The notes under the pieces: model-generated
What the model saw: the letters and a program-made list of their open reading frames with translations, nothing else
What the model was told of the DNA's origin: nothing
The model's database searches: none
Position numbers and translations under genes: made by a program
Shown here: in pieces, positions 10,588 through 20,888 of the stretch
Numbering within the stretch: position 1 is the stretch's first letter
Layout: every line of letters starts with the position of its first letter
Assembly (NCBI GenBank): GCA_963668625.2
Contig: CAXXKA010000003.1
Span: 1 to 64,000, forward strand
Direction of reading: 5' to 3'
Origin: an uncultured candidate division Zixibacteria bacterium
Lineage (GTDB): Bacteria; Zixibacteria; MSB-5A5; UBA10806; 4484-95
DNA length: 64,000 nucleotides

Positions 10588-11319
10588 ATGGCAGATAGAA
10601 TTAAAGAGGAAATAGAGGCATTTGATGATGCCGCCGCATATGACGAGTTGATGGCTCGTCCATATACCCGATATTTAAAAAAGAATATCGATAATTACAT
10701 GTCCGGAGTTAAACTCGATAACTCGGTTATTCTCGAGTTGGGTTGCGGGATATCCGAACATGCCCATCGCTTTATTGAAAATAACCTGGTGCTTCTAACC
10801 GATATCACCATATCGCTTATCAAGCGCAACGATCCGGCCTGCGCACTGGCCGCTGCCGATGCTCAGGTTATCCCGCTAAAAGATAACTCCTGCGATTTTA
10901 TTATCTACCTGGGGATTCTTCATCACCTGCCCAATCAATATGCCTCGCTGTCCGAGGCGGCCAGGGTGTTGAGACCGGGGGGACGGATATTCATCCAGGA
11001 GCCGCATCGCATGAGCCTGAACTTTTTCTATTATTATGGCCGCAGACTTTTCATGAAAGTGATCGGCCAGGAAAATGTAAAAAAACTTATTGGCTGTTAT
11101 TCACCGGACGAGTGGCAACTGGATGTACCGGCGATGAACAGAGTTTTTCGGAATGGTTATGATTTGAAGAAGTGGACAATACTGTCGTTCCGCCTTCCGC
11201 CGTTCAGGTTTTTTAAGGATTGGAAATTGGATGTGACACTGTCGAAAGTGTTCGATAAGCTGCCGATATTCAAAAGTCTGGGTACCACGGTTTTTTACGA
11301 GGTAATCAAGAGGAAGTAA
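10588..11319 (+). CDS. Class I SAM-dependent methyltransferase
   Basis: ILELGCG, ADAQVIPLKDNSCD, LHHL and RVLRPGG motifs. Confidence 0.9.
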   Translation: MADRIKEEIEAFDDAAAYDELMARPYTRYLKKNIDNYMSGVKLDNSVILELGCGISEHAHRFIENNLVLLTDITISLIKRNDPACALAAADAQVIPLKDNSCDFIIYLGILHHLPNQYASLSEAARVLRPGGRIFIQEPHRMSLNFFYYYGRRLFMKVIGQENVKKLIGCYSPDEWQLDVPAMNRVFRNGYDLKKWTILSFRLPPFRFFKDWKLDVTLSKVFDKLPIFKSLGTTVFYEVIKRK

Positions 11320-11320
11320 A

Positions 11321-13792
11321 ATGAAAAGTCTGTATAAGGATAGGGTTCTGTTGGGTTTTGGCCTCGGGGCCGGCATCGTTAGTTTGATTGTCTATTTCAT
11401 GACAAAAGCTCCAACGTTATCATTCTGGGATTGCGGTGAGTTTATCGCCTGTGCTGATATTTTAGGCATTCCGCATCCGCCTGGCTATCCTTTGTTTTCA
11501 TTAATCGGTAGATTCGCGATTTTGATGCCCTGGCCGTTCGATGCCGCGGTAAGTGTAAACCTTGTCAGTGTGATCTCCTCGGCGGCCGCGGTTTTCGTAG
11601 CTTATTGGTTGATCATCAGGTTTATCATAGGTTTCGAGACGGTACTCGAGACTCTGTGGGAGCGGCTCGGCCTGGCGGTAGGCGCTTTTTCCGGTAGTTT
11701 GATCATGGCGTTTTCATCGACTTTCTGGGATAACGCTATCGAGGCCGAATGCTACGGTTTGGCCATGATGCTTATGCTCATACTGAGTTACTTACTTCTC
11801 ATGTGGGCGAATAATATTGGCAAACCCGGTGGCGGCAAACTTATGGTCGCTATCGCGTATCTGGCTTTCCTCTCGATAGGCATTCACCTGACATCATTCC
11901 TGGTAATCCCGATATTCGTACTTTACATGGCTATTAAAGACCAAAAGCTTTTGAGAGACTGGCGTTTCTGGGTAACCTGGGTTGTCATGATGATGGTTAT
12001 CGGACAGCTCGATTTATTCCTGTATGGCACGCTGGCGATATTCATAATCTCGGGCGTGTTGTTACTGATGTCGGGAAGGCGTTCGCAGTATATGACTCGC
12101 CTGGTATTCGCATTGGCTGCAGTCACGATTATCGGCTATTCGACTCACGCTTACCTCCCGATAAGAGCCTCGCAAAACCCGGCTATCAACGAGAACAATC
12201 CCGATAGTTGGGATCGTCTGAAATCGCTTTTAGAGCGTAAGCAATACGGCCAGGAATCGATGATCACCCGCATGTTCGACCGTCGCGGCGAATGGAGCAA
12301 CCAGTTCGGTGTTCATCCTCATATGGGTTTCTGGGGGTATTTCCGCACGCAATATTCGATGCTGACATTGGCATTCATATATTTCGCTTTCGGTGTCTGG
12401 GGAATTTACGAGGCATATCGCCGTAATAAGATAAACGGCCTGTGGCTGTTGGCGCTTTTCCTGGCCTCCTCTGTGGGGCTGGTGCTATACCTCAATTTCT
12501 CCGATGGCACTCGAGGGGCTATTCTCGAGGTTCGCCATCGAGACTATTTCTTCACGCCGGGTTTCATGTACTTCGCGGTGTTGATCGGTGTAGGCCTGGC
12601 AGGTATGCTTTACGACCTGGCTAAATGGGCAAAGGAGAATATCAAGTGGCAGTACGCCATGATTCCGGCGCTTTTATTCGTAATGCTGTTACCGGTTCAT
12701 TCCCTGAGCAAAAACTATTACGAGCATGATCGTTCGCAAAACTATATCCCCTGGGATTACGCTTATAATATATTAAGTTCGATTGACAAGGATGGAATAG
12801 TATTCACGAACGGGGATAATGATACCTTCCCTCTCTGGTATATACAGGAGGTCGAACATTTCCGCCAGGATGTACGAGTCGTTAATCTCAGCCTCCTGAA
12901 TACGCCCTGGTATATACATCAGTTGAAAGACCAGATGAATGTTCCCATCACGTACTCATACGATCAAATCGAGGCCTTGCGTCCCGTTTGGAATGAGGCC
13001 ACCAATGATGTTTGGAAGGTGCAAGACCAGATGGTTCGCCATATAATCAGGACCAATTCCAACAATGGCTGGGAACAGCCGATATTCTTCGCGGTGACCG
13101 TTTCCTCCGGCAACCGCCTGGGGCTGGATGACAACCTCATCATGGAGGGCATGGGTTATCGCCTGGTACCCGGAAAAGGCCAGCCGGGGCGCGTAGATTT
13201 AGACAAGATGTGGAAATACTACATGGAGGATTTCAGATTCCGAGGCCTGGGAGATTCGACAGTTTATAAGAACGAAAACGACAGCCGCCTGGTGGCCAAT
13301 TATGTTTCCGGTTTCATTCAACTGGCAGATACGTTACGGAACCTCGGCGAGATCGATAAAGCTATCGAGGTTTCCGAGCGATCGATAGAAATATATCCTC
13401 AGGATTGGCGTCACCGCGCTTACCTGGCCGCTCTTTACGCTCGCTCGGGGCAGATCGATAAAATCGACAATGTAGTGGAAGGGGTAAGTTCCTCCGATGC
13501 TATCGATATCTGTTTTCATGGCGCTCAGGAGGCGGCTCGCTTAGGTAATAAAGAAGAGGCGATAACGCTACTCGAGAAAGCTTTGGAGATAAATCCGAAA
13601 TCACAGAAAGCCTTCAATAATTTAGTTTACATAAACGCGGAACTTGGCAAATACGATGCCGTTGATAGCCTGGCGAATGCCTGGCGTATGACTAACGCGG
13701 ATGATGCTCAAGCGCTGGATAATCTCGATCGATTATTAGATCTCATGAATAACCAAAGGCAATTGAGGGATACCCTTCAGAAATTAGAATAG
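11321..13792 (+). CDS. DUF2723 (TMEM260-like, GT-C fold) membrane protein with C-terminal TPRs
   Basis: APTLSFWDCGEF, IPHPPGYP, EAECY, RDYFF, FTNGDNDTFPLWY and DVRVVNLSLL motifs; many TM helices; TPR-like tail. Confidence 0.88.
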   Translation: MKSLYKDRVLLGFGLGAGIVSLIVYFMTKAPTLSFWDCGEFIACADILGIPHPPGYPLFSLIGRFAILMPWPFDAAVSVNLVSVISSAAAVFVAYWLIIRFIIGFETVLETLWERLGLAVGAFSGSLIMAFSSTFWDNAIEAECYGLAMMLMLILSYLLLMWANNIGKPGGGKLMVAIAYLAFLSIGIHLTSFLVIPIFVLYMAIKDQKLLRDWRFWVTWVVMMMVIGQLDLFLYGTLAIFIISGVLLLMSGRRSQYMTRLVFALAAVTIIGYSTHAYLPIRASQNPAINENNPDSWDRLKSLLERKQYGQESMITRMFDRRGEWSNQFGVHPHMGFWGYFRTQYSMLTLAFIYFAFGVWGIYEAYRRNKINGLWLLALFLASSVGLVLYLNFSDGTRGAILEVRHRDYFFTPGFMYFAVLIGVGLAGMLYDLAKWAKENIKWQYAMIPALLFVMLLPVHSLSKNYYEHDRSQNYIPWDYAYNILSSIDKDGIVFTNGDNDTFPLWYIQEVEHFRQDVRVVNLSLLNTPWYIHQLKDQMNVPITYSYDQIEALRPVWNEATNDVWKVQDQMVRHIIRTNSNNGWEQPIFFAVTVSSGNRLGLDDNLIMEGMGYRLVPGKGQPGRVDLDKMWKYYMEDFRFRGLGDSTVYKNENDSRLVANYVSGFIQLADTLRNLGEIDKAIEVSERSIEIYPQDWRHRAYLAALYARSGQIDKIDNVVEGVSSSDAIDICFHGAQEAARLGNKEEAITLLEKALEINPKSQKAFNNLVYINAELGKYDAVDSLANAWRMTNADDAQALDNLDRLLDLMNNQRQLRDTLQKLE

Positions 13793-13793
13793 T

Positions 13794-14906
13794 ATGGCGC
13801 GAATCCTTACGGTTAACTGGCAAGACCTTAAACATCCCGCCTCGGGCGGAGCGGAAGTTCATCTCGAAGAAATACTTCGCCGGCTGGTAAAAAAAGGCCA
13901 TGAGGTTGATCTCCTGTGCTGTAATTTTCCCGGAGGCAAAAGCGAGGAAATAATCGAGGGCGTCAGGGTAATCAGGCGGGGGGGAAGGCCGTTTTTTAAC
14001 TGGATAATGCCGGGCGAATACAAGAAGCTCCAAAACGAACGTAAATACGATATACTGCTTGAGGATATAAACAAAATCCCGTTCTATACTCCACTTTATT
14101 GCAGTTTGCCGAAATTGATAATAATTCCCCACTTGTTTTCCAATACTATTTTTCAAGAGATAAATTTCGTACTTGGTTTATATATATATCTTGCAGAAAA
14201 ACCTTACTCATGGTTCTACAGGAATAATCACACTATGGTGATTTCCGATTCCACAGCCGAGGAGATTATAAAACGTGGCCTTTCGCGAGATAAAGTCCAC
14301 GTAGTCGAATGCGGTATAGACAAGGATAGCTATACATTCGATCAGTCCGTAACTAAATTCGAGCAGCCAACCATATTATATGTGGGCAGGATAAAGAAAT
14401 ATAAATCCGTGGAGACCGGTATCCTGGCGATGCCGCAGATATTAAAACAGGTACCGGATGCCCGGATGGTGATTGTCGGGGATGGTGATCATGTGCCGGT
14501 TCTGAAAGAACTGGTCGCGAACATGAATTTGCAAGACAAGGTAGAGTTCCTGGGATTCGTATCGCACGATGTTAAAATCGAGTACTTGCGCCGGTCGCAT
14601 GTTTCGATTTATCCATCGCTGAAAGAAGGCTGGGGATTGACCAATATCGAGGCCAACGCCTGCGGCACCTGTGTTATCGCCTCGCGCGTACCGGGATTAC
14701 GTGATTCTGTCGATGAGGGGAAATCAGGACTCCTGTTCGAATACGGTGATTTGAACGAATTCGCCAGTAAAGCCTCAAAGATATTGAGTGATACCGAATA
14801 TCGTGTATCGCTTGAAAAAGGCGCTTTACTTCATGCCGCGAAATTCTCCTGGGATAAAACCGCCGATCAAACCGAGAGTCTGATCAGTAAGATTCTCTCC
14901 GGGTAA
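13794..14906 (+). CDS. Glycosyltransferase family 4
   Basis: HPASGGAE, YVGRIKKYK and EGWGLTNIEANACG (E-X7-E) motifs. Confidence 0.93.
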   Translation: MARILTVNWQDLKHPASGGAEVHLEEILRRLVKKGHEVDLLCCNFPGGKSEEIIEGVRVIRRGGRPFFNWIMPGEYKKLQNERKYDILLEDINKIPFYTPLYCSLPKLIIIPHLFSNTIFQEINFVLGLYIYLAEKPYSWFYRNNHTMVISDSTAEEIIKRGLSRDKVHVVECGIDKDSYTFDQSVTKFEQPTILYVGRIKKYKSVETGILAMPQILKQVPDARMVIVGDGDHVPVLKELVANMNLQDKVEFLGFVSHDVKIEYLRRSHVSIYPSLKEGWGLTNIEANACGTCVIASRVPGLRDSVDEGKSGLLFEYGDLNEFASKASKILSDTEYRVSLEKGALLHAAKFSWDKTADQTESLISKILSG

Positions 14907-14908
14907 TT

Positions 14909-15931
14909 ATGAGTAATCGCTGGAAAATCATATCAGGGATCATCATAAGCCTTGCATTTCTTGTTTACGCTCTATCTAAAGTCAACTATGCCGAAATGGC
15001 AGAAGCTTTCAGCCAGGCGGATTACTTCTGGACTATCCCTATGATGGCAACCGTAATTGTCGGTATGTTCATACGTGCCGCCAGATGGCACTGGTTGATC
15101 AGGCCATTCAAACGTTTGCCTTTCAGTTCGGTTTTTTCCTCCATTATGATCGGTTTTATGGCCAACAATATTTTACCTGCCAGAGTGGGCGAGGTTGTTC
15201 GAGCGGTATCGTTATCGCATAAACACTCATTGAGCAAATCGGCGGTTTTAGCTACCGTGGTAACGGAGCGGGTTTTCGACAGCCTGGGGCTTTTGATAGT
15301 ATTCTTTTCGACTTTAATTATAGTGGATATCCCCGCGGATCTGAAAAAAGCAAGTGTGGTGGCGTTGGCGATGACAATGGTGCTGCTGTTTTTCCTCTAT
15401 CTTCTAAAGGCCAGGACCGATCTGGCTGTCAGGATAATATGCGCGCCGATAGGGAAGTTTTCTGAAAGCTTATCCAGCCGCGCCTCGGTCGTGTTGACCA
15501 AATTCGCGGAGGGCTTGAGTATCTTAACCGAACCGGTTTCCGTTTTGATAACGATTTTATATTCGGTGCTGTTATGGGCGTTTAGCGGATTCGCCGGATA
15601 TCTGATATTTTTAGCGTTCGGTCTTTATCCACAAGTATGGGCGGCCCTCATGATATTGTTCGTGACAGTGTTGGCCGTCTCATTACCCTCGAGCCCGGGG
15701 TATATCGGTACTTTTCATGCAGCCTGTGTAATAGGCTTTCAAATTAGCGGGTCGTTGGGGATGTTTGGCCAGCAGGAGGTTTCCAATTCGGTCGCGTTAT
15801 CGTATTCGGTTATACTCTGGTCGTGTCAATATTTCCCGGTGACATTATTGGGTCTTTACTATCTCAAACGGGAGCACCTGAATTTCAGTGAGATAAGTAA
15901 GGAAAAAGTGATAAACGAAACCGGCGAGTAG
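14909..15931 (+). CDS. UPF0104 / lysylphosphatidylglycerol-synthase TM family (putative flippase)
   Basis: RAARW, NNILPARVGE, ERVFD and LPSSPGYIG motifs; polytopic membrane protein. Confidence 0.88.
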   Translation: MSNRWKIISGIIISLAFLVYALSKVNYAEMAEAFSQADYFWTIPMMATVIVGMFIRAARWHWLIRPFKRLPFSSVFSSIMIGFMANNILPARVGEVVRAVSLSHKHSLSKSAVLATVVTERVFDSLGLLIVFFSTLIIVDIPADLKKASVVALAMTMVLLFFLYLLKARTDLAVRIICAPIGKFSESLSSRASVVLTKFAEGLSILTEPVSVLITILYSVLLWAFSGFAGYLIFLAFGLYPQVWAALMILFVTVLAVSLPSSPGYIGTFHAACVIGFQISGSLGMFGQQEVSNSVALSYSVILWSCQYFPVTLLGLYYLKREHLNFSEISKEKVINETGE

Positions 15932-16002
15932 TCATTTAGAAAACCGGTGATCGGCTGTAGCGGGTTACGCCGACGGTCGATTGATTCTTTTTGGGAGGAA
16001 TC

Positions 16003-17250
16003 TTGAGCTCGGAAAACGAAAATCAGTTTGGCAGGAGGCGATCGTTTAAAAAACCATCCTCACCCAAAGTAACACCCGAGGAGAAAAAGGAAACGAAAAG
16101 CGGGGAGGAGGTCAAAAAAGAAAAATCCCCCGAACAAATTTTATCTATCCTGGAGTCGGAAAAAAAATCCGATCCGGCGCCGAAAAAACAATCCTCGACA
16201 GAGGAGAGAAGAAGTCCCAGAACCTCGGATAGGGAGAGCCGCCCGCGAAGAACGCCAAGAGGCAGAAATGATCGTCCCGGTGGCGAAAGCAAACCATCCA
16301 GGTACCAATCGCGAAGACCATCATCCGGCCGAGACGAACGGCCGAGAAGATCGAATGGTATTAAGCTCAGTGTCATTATACCCGCCTTTAACGAGGAAGG
16401 TAACATTGCTGAGCTGTTCAAGCAGTTCGATGAGCTGATGCGCAACCTTCCCTACAAAGCAGAAATGATACTGGTGGATGACGGCTCGGTGGATAAAACT
16501 TATCAGCTAGCCCGGGAGGGCCAGAGTCGTTTCAAATGGTTGAAGCTGTATAAACATCGCGCCAACAGGGGGCTGACCGCGGCTTTGGAAACGGGTTTCG
16601 GTAGAGCCGCCGGCAAAATACTGTGTTTCTATCCCGCCGACCTTCAATACCATGCCAACGAGATACCCAAGATGGTCTCGAAAATCGATTCTGGCGCGGA
16701 TGTCGTTACCGGCTGGAAACAGGGAAAATACAGCAAATCGCTGGGATCGTACATATACAATAAGCTTTCGCGCTGGTTATTTAAGGTAAACGTACATGAT
16801 TTGAACTCGGTAAAGATGTTCAAAAAAGAGGTCGCCGAAAATTTCACTTTCCGCAAAGGCTGGCATCGCTATATGGTGGTTATGGCCGCCCAGGCCGGGT
16901 ATGAAATCGAAGAGGTGAAAGTCAAACTCTTCCCGCGCAAACAGGGTAAATCCAAGTTCGGATTAAGCCAGTTGCCGGTTGGGTTCCTTGATCTTTTAAG
17001 TGTCAAGTTCGAGCTGTCGTTTACTACCAAGCCGCTTCTGTTTTTCGGCACGGCCGGTATTACCTGCGGTTTGCTGGGGTTCATAATCGGCCTGGTGTCA
17101 TTGTATTTAAGGTTTGTCGAACATGCTGGTTTCAGGCCGCTTCTGTACGCGGTAATCCTGCTTATCGTGTCCGGACTCATGCTGTTCGCCATCGGCTTTT
17201 TAGCCGAACTCATTGTGAGCATGAAAGAACAGATAAGCAGAAAAAGATAG
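16003..17250 (+). CDS. GT2 polyprenol-phosphate glycosyltransferase (ArnC/DPM1-like) with long disordered N-terminus
   Basis: SVIIPAFNEE, VDDGSVD and ADLQY motifs plus two C-terminal TM helices. TTG start at 16003 follows GGGAGG (the ORF track starts at 15991). Confidence 0.88.
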   Translation: MSSENENQFGRRRSFKKPSSPKVTPEEKKETKSGEEVKKEKSPEQILSILESEKKSDPAPKKQSSTEERRSPRTSDRESRPRRTPRGRNDRPGGESKPSRYQSRRPSSGRDERPRRSNGIKLSVIIPAFNEEGNIAELFKQFDELMRNLPYKAEMILVDDGSVDKTYQLAREGQSRFKWLKLYKHRANRGLTAALETGFGRAAGKILCFYPADLQYHANEIPKMVSKIDSGADVVTGWKQGKYSKSLGSYIYNKLSRWLFKVNVHDLNSVKMFKKEVAENFTFRKGWHRYMVVMAAQAGYEIEEVKVKLFPRKQGKSKFGLSQLPVGFLDLLSVKFELSFTTKPLLFFGTAGITCGLLGFIIGLVSLYLRFVEHAGFRPLLYAVILLIVSGLMLFAIGFLAELIVSMKEQISRKR

Positions 17251-17274
17251 CATAATCAAGAATTGAGATATTCG

Positions 17275-17306
17275 ACCCCGTGAGAGCTAATACTCCGCGG
17301 GGTTTA
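17275..17306 (+). terminator. Rho-independent terminator
   Basis: ACCCCGTGAGAG...CTCCGCGGGGT hairpin followed by Ts. Confidence 0.55.
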
Positions 17307-17367
17307 ATTTTCTCTGAAAGTATGATAAAAATTGGCAATTTTGGGTTTTATTTAGTATAAAGTTCAT

Positions 17368-18222
17368 ATGGGTGATAGAATTCTAATTTCGGTATTGATA
17401 GTCACATACAATAATGCCAACACCATAGGTAATTGTATTGATTCGCTATACGCGCAGAATTTTCCCTCGTTGGAGATTCTCGTAAGGGATAACGATTCGA
17501 GCGACAGTACGGTCGAGGTTGTAAATGCTTTGGGGGATGTTAACCTTTTCGCTTGTAAGGAGAATATCGGTTTTGGCGCGGCGATGAATTATCTGGCGGA
17601 GAGGGCTGTGGGAGAATATCTGTTTATCCTGAATCCAGATTGTATATGCCCGGAAAATTCGCTTCAGCAGCTTTACGATTTCGCGAAATCTCATCCGGGC
17701 GCCGTTTCGCCGGCGCTGGTATATCCCGATGGCACTCCCCAGCCATCCTCGCGGGAATTACCAACATACAGCAGTATTATTTTTTCAAGGAGATCACCGT
17801 TATATATTCTGGGATTGGCCAGGACGAAATCCGCCGGGTATTTACGGCCCGAGAATAATGTTAAAGTGCCGGCCGTATCGGCAACGGCGCTATTAATAAA
17901 CAGGCAGATTTTTTCGGATATCGGCGGTTTCGATCAACGCTTTTTCATGTACGGCGAGGATCTCGATCTGTGCAAACGCTTAGGCAATGGCGGGCATGAT
18001 ATATGGTTTATGCCTGGGATAGAATTAAAGCATATACTGGGCGAAAGCTCGAAATCGGTTTCTCTCAGAACTTCGTATAATCATCACATTTCGATATATA
18101 AATATTTCAGGAAACATCACCCTGACCGGTTTTTCTCAAATTTATTCCTTGGGATATTGCTTACGGGTGGTTTTTGCTTTTCAGTATTATTAAAAATTAT
18201 GGGGATAAAGAGACGTAAATGA
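17368..18222 (+). CDS. Glycosyltransferase family 2 (WbbL-like)
   Basis: VLIVTYN, DNDSSD, NIGFGAAMN, LNPD and GGFDQRFFMYGEDLDLC motifs. Confidence 0.9.
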   Translation: MGDRILISVLIVTYNNANTIGNCIDSLYAQNFPSLEILVRDNDSSDSTVEVVNALGDVNLFACKENIGFGAAMNYLAERAVGEYLFILNPDCICPENSLQQLYDFAKSHPGAVSPALVYPDGTPQPSSRELPTYSSIIFSRRSPLYILGLARTKSAGYLRPENNVKVPAVSATALLINRQIFSDIGGFDQRFFMYGEDLDLCKRLGNGGHDIWFMPGIELKHILGESSKSVSLRTSYNHHISIYKYFRKHHPDRFFSNLFLGILLTGGFCFSVLLKIMGIKRRK

Positions 18223-19262
18223 TAAACATACCATCGTACATACTAATCAGTATTCTAAGCGGCTATCTCTGCTATATATTCGTCCCGATAGTCATTAAAT
18301 ACTGCAGGCAACACGATCTGTACGATTTGCCCGGACCGCGCAAAATACATTCTGATCCAACGCCCAGACTGGGCGGAGTGGCCTTATTCGCGGCATATTT
18401 TTTCGGACTGATCCCCGGATTTTTATTGTTCCCCGATCTCTGGTGGTCTAACCTGACTACGCTTGTCGGTATATTTTGCGGTGGGACGATAATATTCACG
18501 CTGGGCGTCGTTGATGATATCAAAGGCGTAAAGCCGTTGTGGAAATTGTTCTGGCAGATAGTGACCTGCATTATACTGGTAGCGTTCGATATCCGCCTGG
18601 AGGAGATAAACGTTCCGTTCTACAGGATTGTCGATTTCGGCTACTGGGGGATTCCTCTAACCGTTATTTGGCTTGTCCTGATTTTCAATACGATCAACCT
18701 TATCGATGGCTTGGATGGTCTGGCCTCGGGAGTAAGCGCGATTATCGGAGTAAGCTTTTTAGCGCTCAGTTTAATGATGGGATTACCGCTGCCGTCGTTT
18801 TTAGCGGCCGGTATCATAGGTATCACTCTGGCGTTTTTGAAATTTAATTATTTCCCGGCCAAGATATTCATGGGCGATTCCGGCTCATTGTTCTTAGGAT
18901 ATATATTTGGGGTAATCTCTATATTCTGGCCGAAATCATTCGCTACCGTAGTGATGTTCGTGCCAATTGTCGCTCTGGGCGTGCCTCTAATCGAGATAAT
19001 AACCACCTTTATCAGGCGATCTATCGCGGGCCAGCGATTCTATGTTGCCGACCGGAAACATATTTTTCATTTTTTACTCGGTTTAGGCATTCCGCCTCGA
19101 GTAACAGTCTGGATATTTTATCTGGCGAGTTTGCAGTTAGCTATAACCACTTTCGCTATAGCCGGGGGAGACAGGAATATTTTGTTTGTTTTACAAATTC
19201 TATTAATTATATTTACCGCCATTATAGTTTCAAAAAATTTAAGGTTGGTGAATAGAAAATGA
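18219..19262 (+). CDS. Undecaprenyl-phosphate sugar-1-phosphate transferase (WecA/TagO family)
   Basis: [26 protein letters not shown] and [15 protein letters not shown] motifs. Confidence 0.93.
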   Translation: MINIPSYILISILSGYLCYIFVPIVIKYCRQHDLYDLPGPRKIHSDPTPRLGGVALFAAYFFGLIPGFLLFPDLWWSNLTTLVGIFCGGTIIFTLGVVDDIKGVKPLWKLFWQIVTCIILVAFDIRLEEINVPFYRIVDFGYWGIPLTVIWLVLIFNTINLIDGLDGLASGVSAIIGVSFLALSLMMGLPLPSFLAAGIIGITLAFLKFNYFPAKIFMGDSGSLFLGYIFGVISIFWPKSFATVVMFVPIVALGVPLIEIITTFIRRSIAGQRFYVADRKHIFHFLLGLGIPPRVTVWIFYLASLQLAITTFAIAGGDRNILFVLQILLIIFTAIIVSKNLRLVNRK

Positions 19263-20245
19263 AAGAATCACAGTACCTGGATTTTGAAAAGCCTATAGTA
19301 GAACTCGATCGCAAGATCAAAGAGATGAGGGATTTGGCTACAGCCGAAAGCTTCGAGTTAACCCGTGAGTTGCAGATTCTGGAGAAGAAACGGAATAAGC
19401 TGCGCAAGGATGTTTATTCCCGGCTCACCCGATGGCAGCGAATCCAACTCGCCCGTCACCCCCTGAGACCATATAGCCTGGATTTGATAAAGCTTATTTT
19501 TACCGATTTCGTCGAACTTCACGGAGACAGATATTTTGCGGATGACAAGGCCATTATTGGCGGCTTTGCAAAACTTGGAGACCAGAACGTGATGGTTCTG
19601 GGGCAGCAGAAAGGCAGGGATACCAAGCAGCGCCAGTATCGAAATTTTGGTATGTGCCATCCGGAGGGATATCGCAAGGCTTTGCGGCTCATGAAATTAG
19701 CAGAGAAATTCAATGTACCGATTGTGATATTCGTCGACACGCCCGGCGCGTATCCGGGAGTCGGCGCCGAGGAGAGAGGACAAGCCGAGGCAATTGCCCG
19801 TAATTTGCGCGAAATGGCGGTTATTGAGGTGCCGATAGTCGTTGTTATCATTAGCGAGGGAGCCTCCGGCGGCGCCCTTGGAATTGGCCTGGGCGACCGT
19901 ATTTATATGCTGGAAAACTCATGGTATTCGGTAATATCGCCTGAGGGTTGCGCGGCTATCTTATGGAAAGCCGATGCTAATGCCGAACCAGCCAAGTTGA
20001 AAGCCAATCAAAAACTAGCAGCCGAGGCATTAAAGCCAATTGCGACCGATCTACAGGACCTGGGTATAATCGATAAGATAATCCCCGAACCCCCGGGTGG
20101 GGCACATATGAACTACGAGGAATCAGCAAAAATAATAAAAAAAGAACTGATTGAGACCGTTTTCGAGTTAAAAAAGATATCCGGGGATGAGCTTTGCATA
20201 AAAAGACTTGAGAAATACAGGCAAATGGGCGTATATAAGGAATAG
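19259..20245 (+). CDS. accA: Acetyl-CoA carboxylase carboxyltransferase alpha subunit
   Basis: [30 protein letters not shown] and GASGGAL motifs. Confidence 0.97.
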   Translation: MKESQYLDFEKPIVELDRKIKEMRDLATAESFELTRELQILEKKRNKLRKDVYSRLTRWQRIQLARHPLRPYSLDLIKLIFTDFVELHGDRYFADDKAIIGGFAKLGDQNVMVLGQQKGRDTKQRQYRNFGMCHPEGYRKALRLMKLAEKFNVPIVIFVDTPGAYPGVGAEERGQAEAIARNLREMAVIEVPIVVVIISEGASGGALGIGLGDRIYMLENSWYSVISPEGCAAILWKADANAEPAKLKANQKLAAEALKPIATDLQDLGIIDKIIPEPPGGAHMNYEESAKIIKKELIETVFELKKISGDELCIKRLEKYRQMGVYKE

Positions 20246-20255
20246 AGGCGTTAAG

Positions 20256-20423
20256 ATGCTTAACGAAAAGCTGTTGGAAATTCTTGCTTGCCCTAAATGC
20301 AAGGGTGACTTAGAATACGATAAAGAAAATAACGTGCTTTTGTGCCATTCCTGCAAACTGAAATACCGCGTTGAAGATGGCGATATTCCGGTGATGTTGG
20401 TTGAAGAGGCAGAGAAGTTTTAA
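20256..20423 (+). CDS. Trm112/YcaR-like small zinc-binding protein
   Basis: [38 protein letters not shown] at 20256 follows RBS AGAGG. Confidence 0.88.
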   Translation: MLNEKLLEILACPKCKGDLEYDKENNVLLCHSCKLKYRVEDGDIPVMLVEEAEKF

Positions 20424-20432
20424 GGAGGAAAT

Positions 20433-20888
20433 ATGATAAAGCTTTCTCGATTCATCGAGGATAATCTTATCACATTCGATTTGAAAGGTGATACCAAAGA
20501 GGAAATTATCACCGAACTGGTTGAACTGGCCGCTAATTCCGATATGGTTAAAAACAAAGAGGAACTCTTGAAAGCTGTACTGGAAAGAGAAAAGCTGGTT
20601 ACCACAGGCGTTGGTTACAATGTCGCATTTCCTCATGCTAAAACTAAATCGGTCAGGGGAGTCGTTATCGCTTTTGGGCGTAAAACCGAGGGAGTCGATT
20701 TCGAGGCTATGGACAGGAAACCGGTCAATCTGTTTTTCCTGATCGCAGCTCCCGAGGACGCTATCGGAGCTCATTTGAATGTAATGGCTAAGCTTTCATT
20801 TCTCATGAAAAACGAAAAAAATCGCGGCAAATTGATGAAAGCTAAGTATAAAGAAGATTTGATTGAAGTTTTGGACTCCAATGAATAG
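20433..20888 (+). CDS. PTS IIA (fructose/nitrogen-type) domain protein
   Basis: LEREKLVTTGVG..VAFPHA (phospho-His) and HLNVMAKLS. Confidence 0.92.
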   Translation: MIKLSRFIEDNLITFDLKGDTKEEIITELVELAANSDMVKNKEELLKAVLEREKLVTTGVGYNVAFPHAKTKSVRGVVIAFGRKTEGVDFEAMDRKPVNLFFLIAAPEDAIGAHLNVMAKLSFLMKNEKNRGKLMKAKYKEDLIEVLDSNE

